Source: Gemmatimonadota bacterium (GTDB taxonomy: Bacteria; Gemmatimonadota; Gemmatimonadetes; Palauibacterales; KS3-K002). Taken from it: a stretch of DNA of 57,976 nucleotides. Both the position numbers and the translations under genes were made by a program. The first letter of the stretch is position 1, and each line of letters opens with the position of its first letter. Below are positions 54,866 through 57,976 of this stretch, in pieces. The stretch lies in assembly GCA_020344015.1 (NCBI GenBank), contig CP070812.1:4573990-4631965 (forward strand), written 5' to 3'. The notes under the pieces are model-generated. The model was given only the letters and a program-made list of their open reading frames with translations. It was not told the DNA's origin and did no database searches.

Positions 54866-56011
54866 GTGGATACAGCACGGAAGGCAGCCGAGCTGCACAA
54901 ACGCGCAATCGTAATCGACGGCCACAACGATCTGCCGTGGCGGTTGCTGTCGAAGATGGGCTCGAGCTTTGATCGCTTCGATCTGGCCGTCCGGCACGAG
55001 GATGGGCACACGGACATCCCGCGGCTTCGTGAGGGTGGGGTCGATGCGCAGTTCTTCGCTGCCTACGTGCCGTCGGACTGCGAGGGGCCGGGCGCTAGCC
55101 GCATCGCTCTCGAACAGATCGATCTGATCCGACAGATGGTAGCGCGCTATGCCGACTTCGAGTTGGCGCTCAGCGCGGCCGACGTGCGACGAATCGCCGG
55201 ATCAGGGAAGATCGCGGCACTTATCGGCGTCGAGGGAGGTCAGGCGATCGAGAACTCACTGGCTGTCCTGAGGACACTCTACGCGCTCGGCGCGCGCTAC
55301 CTGACGTTCACCCACATCGATTCTACCGACTGGGCGGACGCTGCGACCGACGAACCACGACATGGGGGGTTGAGCGAGTTCGGGGAGGAGGTGGTACGGG
55401 AGATGAATCGGCTCGGCATGCTGGTCGACATATCACACGTGTCGGCGGAGACGATGGCTGACGCTCTGAGGGTCAGCGCGGCTCCGATCGTCGCCACACA
55501 CAGCGGGGCCCGCGGGGTAAACGCGAACTCGCGAAACGTACCCGACGATATTCTGCGGCAGCTACGCGAGAACGGTGGGCTTGTCATGGTGAACTTCTAC
55601 TCCGGGTTCGTCGTGCCGGAGGCGGCGAAGGTCGCCCGCGATATGTTGAGTGCTTACCGGGAGGCGCGGGCGCGGTTCGGTGAGGACGGCGCCGCGCTGG
55701 AGAGCACCATGCGGCAGTGGGAGGAGGAACATCCCATCCCGCCCGCCACGGTGTCGGACCTAGTCGATCACATCGATCATATCGTAGAGGTAGCCGGTGT
55801 CGATCACGCCGGCCTCGGCTCGGATTTCGATGGCATAACAAACGCTCCGGAAGGGTTGGAGGATGTATCGAAGTTCCCGGCCGTTACCGAGGGGCTGCTG
55901 AGGCGCGGGTACAGCGAGGCGGACATCGTCAGGGTCCTTGGCGGCAACATGCTCCGGGTGATGGAGGGCGCGGAGGAAGTGGCGCGGCGACTGAGCGCGG
56001 CAGCGCCCTGA
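54866..56011 (+). CDS. Membrane dipeptidase family (peptidase M19)
   Basis: IDGHNDLP, HTDIPRL, GVEGG, RYLTFTH, EMNRLGMLVDISH, THS, RNVPD, GSDFDG, GGN.LRV. Confidence 0.95.
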   Translation: MDTARKAAELHKRAIVIDGHNDLPWRLLSKMGSSFDRFDLAVRHEDGHTDIPRLREGGVDAQFFAAYVPSDCEGPGASRIALEQIDLIRQMVARYADFELALSAADVRRIAGSGKIAALIGVEGGQAIENSLAVLRTLYALGARYLTFTHIDSTDWADAATDEPRHGGLSEFGEEVVREMNRLGMLVDISHVSAETMADALRVSAAPIVATHSGARGVNANSRNVPDDILRQLRENGGLVMVNFYSGFVVPEAAKVARDMLSAYREARARFGEDGAALESTMRQWEEEHPIPPATVSDLVDHIDHIVEVAGVDHAGLGSDFDGITNAPEGLEDVSKFPAVTEGLLRRGYSEADIVRVLGGNMLRVMEGAEEVARRLSAAAP

Positions 56012-56035
56012 CGCGCCCGATTCAGGCCGCCGTCC

Positions 56036-56599
56036 TCAGTCGCGCAGCTCACCTCCCCGCTCCAGGACCATCAGAAACTCGTCTATCGTGTGGCGCCCAC
56101 GGTCCTCGCGGTACCAGCGGAGCACGGGCTTGTTGACTTCCTCCCGCTTGTCTGTGAGCCGCCCGGCGCGGAGCGCCCTCAGCTTCTCGCGGAACAGGGC
56201 CTGTGCAGGCGCCGGCCGCGGACCCCACCAGCCGAGCTGGTGCATATCCTCATCGAAGACGATCGCCACCGGTATCGACCGGCCCCCGCGACTCAGGTAA
56301 CGATCCATGATGTCCAGGTTCTCGTCGCGCGGAAAGACACGCAACTCGATCATCTCGGGGGCCGCCTCAGCTAGCTTCGCGAGTATCGGAACGAGAGAAG
56401 CTGCATCTCCGCACCAGTCTTCCGAGAGCACGGCGACCAGCCGCCTGCCCGGGAGCTCCTTCACGCGCAGCACCGCGTCTTCCGGGACCTTGAGGTGATC
56501 GTAGATGCCGTCCCAGAGACCCTGGTGCTTCTGGACGAGCTTTCGGTAGTCCTCGTATGTGAGGCCGGTTTCGAATCGTTCCTGCGTCAACATTGGCAT
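56036..56599 (-). CDS. Thioredoxin-like protein with single-Cys WCGD motif
   Basis: SEDWCGDA, RDENLDIMDRYL..GGRSIP, WGPRP. Confidence 0.9.
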   Translation of the reverse strand: MPMLTQERFETGLTYEDYRKLVQKHQGLWDGIYDHLKVPEDAVLRVKELPGRRLVAVLSEDWCGDAASLVPILAKLAEAAPEMIELRVFPRDENLDIMDRYLSRGGRSIPVAIVFDEDMHQLGWWGPRPAPAQALFREKLRALRAGRLTDKREEVNKPVLRWYREDRGRHTIDEFLMVLERGGELRD

Positions 56600-56976
56600 G
56601 AGCCTTCGAGAGTTATATCTCTTAGTCGTCGCTTGACCGGGATGTCGCCCGAGGCCGCGCCCAGAAACAGTGGTGTCGGGCCCGGGGTGCCGCCCGATCC
56701 CGTGCATACTTCGTACCTAAGCGGAACCGGTGCAGCGAGTTATGGTAAGACTCCTTAGGCGTTCCTCCAAGGGGCCGGCGGGAACCGCCGCACCAGGCGG
56801 GCTTCTGGAGGGGCGCCCAGGGTGGACGATCGCGCCCAGCGGCGGCGCGCTCGGGGCCACCGATAGCGCGAACGAAAGCGGTTGCTTATACTTAGGGGAC
56901 TTCCGAGCCCCCTCCGGGGTAGTATGCCCGGTGTCGCCGACATCCCCCGCAGATAGCAAGGTGCACGAGTACACCC

Positions 56977-57976
56977 ATGGCCAGCCCTAAGCGCGGATCG
57001 GCTGAACGCCGCGGTGGCCGCGCCGCACGCGCGGGCAGCGGAAAGGCGCCCGAGCTCTTCACGCTCGGGGGCGTCCGGCTCGTGCGCCAAAACGTCGATG
57101 AGACGTCGAAGCTGGGGCCGAAGCACCTCGCTTTGCTCGTATACCTGTTCCACGAAGCGCGCCCCATGCACCCCTCGGAGGTCACCGACCTCCTGGGGCG
57201 CGGCCAGGAGAAAGATAAGGAGACGGAGGGGCTGACCCGGGCGGTTACCTGGCTGAAGGAGAACGTGCCTGGCATCAACATCCGTCTGACCGGCGAAACG
57301 GTCGAGGCGTTTGGCGGTGTCACTCTCGACACGCGGGAAGTCGATACGGCGATCGACGGTGGCGACCCGAGCCACGTCGAGGAGCTCTACGTCGGCGAGT
57401 TTCTCGAGGGTTTCGAGTCGGGGGCGCCGGCTTTCGATGAGTGGGCGCAGAAAGAGCGCGGCCGCCTGAAACGGGCCTGGAACCATGCCATGCTCTCGGC
57501 GGCGCGTGACGCCGAGCGCCGGCGGAAGTGGGAACTGGCCGCCGCCTGGTGGGCTGTGCTGGTGGCCCGCGCGCCGATGCGTGCCGAGGCGGTGGCCGGC
57601 TTGCTGGGTGCGCTGGCTGATTCGCGCCAGCAGGACGAAGCGGCCCGCGCTTATGCCGATTACGCGAAACGACTCGAGGAATCCGGAATCGCGCAGCCGG
57701 CGGACCCGGTAAAGGAGGTGATCTCCAAGCACAAGCTTCTGCGGGAGATCGCCGAGGGCCGCATCAAACCTCCGCCGGAACCGCCCGATGGGGCGGGGCC
57801 GGCACCTCGCGCGCGGCCGACCGAACCGGAGCCCGTCGCCGCTCGCCAGTCGGTGCCGGAGATCGACATCGAGCCGTCGCCGCCGCCCAAGAAACCTGCT
57901 CCGCCCAAGCCTGCGGCGCCCGAGCCACCGGCGCCGAAGACTGGAGGTGCCGCGGTGGCCGGCTTCGAGGCCGGCG
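56977..57976 (+). CDS. SARP/BTAD-type transcriptional activator domain protein (3' truncated; absent from ORF track)
   Basis: Own translation: LFTLGGVRL, KHLALLVYL, LYVGEFLEGF, AFDEWAQKERGRL, APMRAEAV; then Pro-rich linker; no stop before window end. Confidence 0.85.
   Translation, partial: MASPKRGSAERRGGRAARAGSGKAPELFTLGGVRLVRQNVDETSKLGPKHLALLVYLFHEARPMHPSEVTDLLGRGQEKDKETEGLTRAVTWLKENVPGINIRLTGETVEAFGGVTLDTREVDTAIDGGDPSHVEELYVGEFLEGFESGAPAFDEWAQKERGRLKRAWNHAMLSAARDAERRRKWELAAAWWAVLVARAPMRAEAVAGLLGALADSRQQDEAARAYADYAKRLEESGIAQPADPVKEVISKHKLLREIAEGRIKPPPEPPDGAGPAPRARPTEPEPVAARQSVPEIDIEPSPPPKKPAPPKPAAPEPPAPKTGGAAVAGFEAG

Noticed and set aside
1-57976. Mobile elements, prophage, defence systems, tRNA/rRNA
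   Set aside because: No transposase, integrase, phage structural, restriction/toxin or RNA-gene signatures recognised; composition looks uniform by eye

Overview
A 58 kb, high-GC, gene-dense chromosomal segment. Gene content and several small unassigned proteins suggest Gemmatimonadota (inference). I found no rRNA, tRNA, CRISPR array, transposase or phage genes. In order, it holds: the end of a CusA-type RND pump and a CopZ chaperone; a molybdopterin oxidoreductase with a fused Fe-S/membrane-anchor partner; a signal-peptide-bearing Pcm next to a large membrane SAM methyltransferase; a Glu/Leu/Phe/Val dehydrogenase and a Tat-signal aldo/keto reductase; a degenerate REC-GGDEF protein; Crp/Fnr; a SigH/SigR-like ECF sigma with a soluble zinc anti-sigma; DtxR/MntR, TrxB, IscA/ErpA, PHP and DHH phosphoesterases, CoaE; a PerR-like Fur; pyruvoyl arginine decarboxylase plus agmatinase; CcdA, ABC exporter, Ggt, Nth; a peptidoglycan-recycling operon (MurQ fused to a DinB-like domain, AnmK, NagZ, a Na+/solute symporter, a lipoprotein amidase); NrdJ with tandem NrdR boxes; a second, degenerate ECF/anti-sigma pair; ApgM, HAD, an arginine-synthetase (ArcE)-like protein; and a SARP/BTAD regulator running off the end. 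Best leads: (1) the MurQ-DinB fusion and the SSS transporter as a candidate muramic-acid importer; (2) a tripartite GGGATTC/GAATCCGTG/CCCGAAT repeat element found twice, each time just upstream of an AAC-N18-GTT promoter-like motif and an ECF/anti-sigma pair; (3) intergenic heptamer fold-back repeats, two of which bracket the ArcE-like gene. All functional calls come from recognising motifs by eye; no searches were run.
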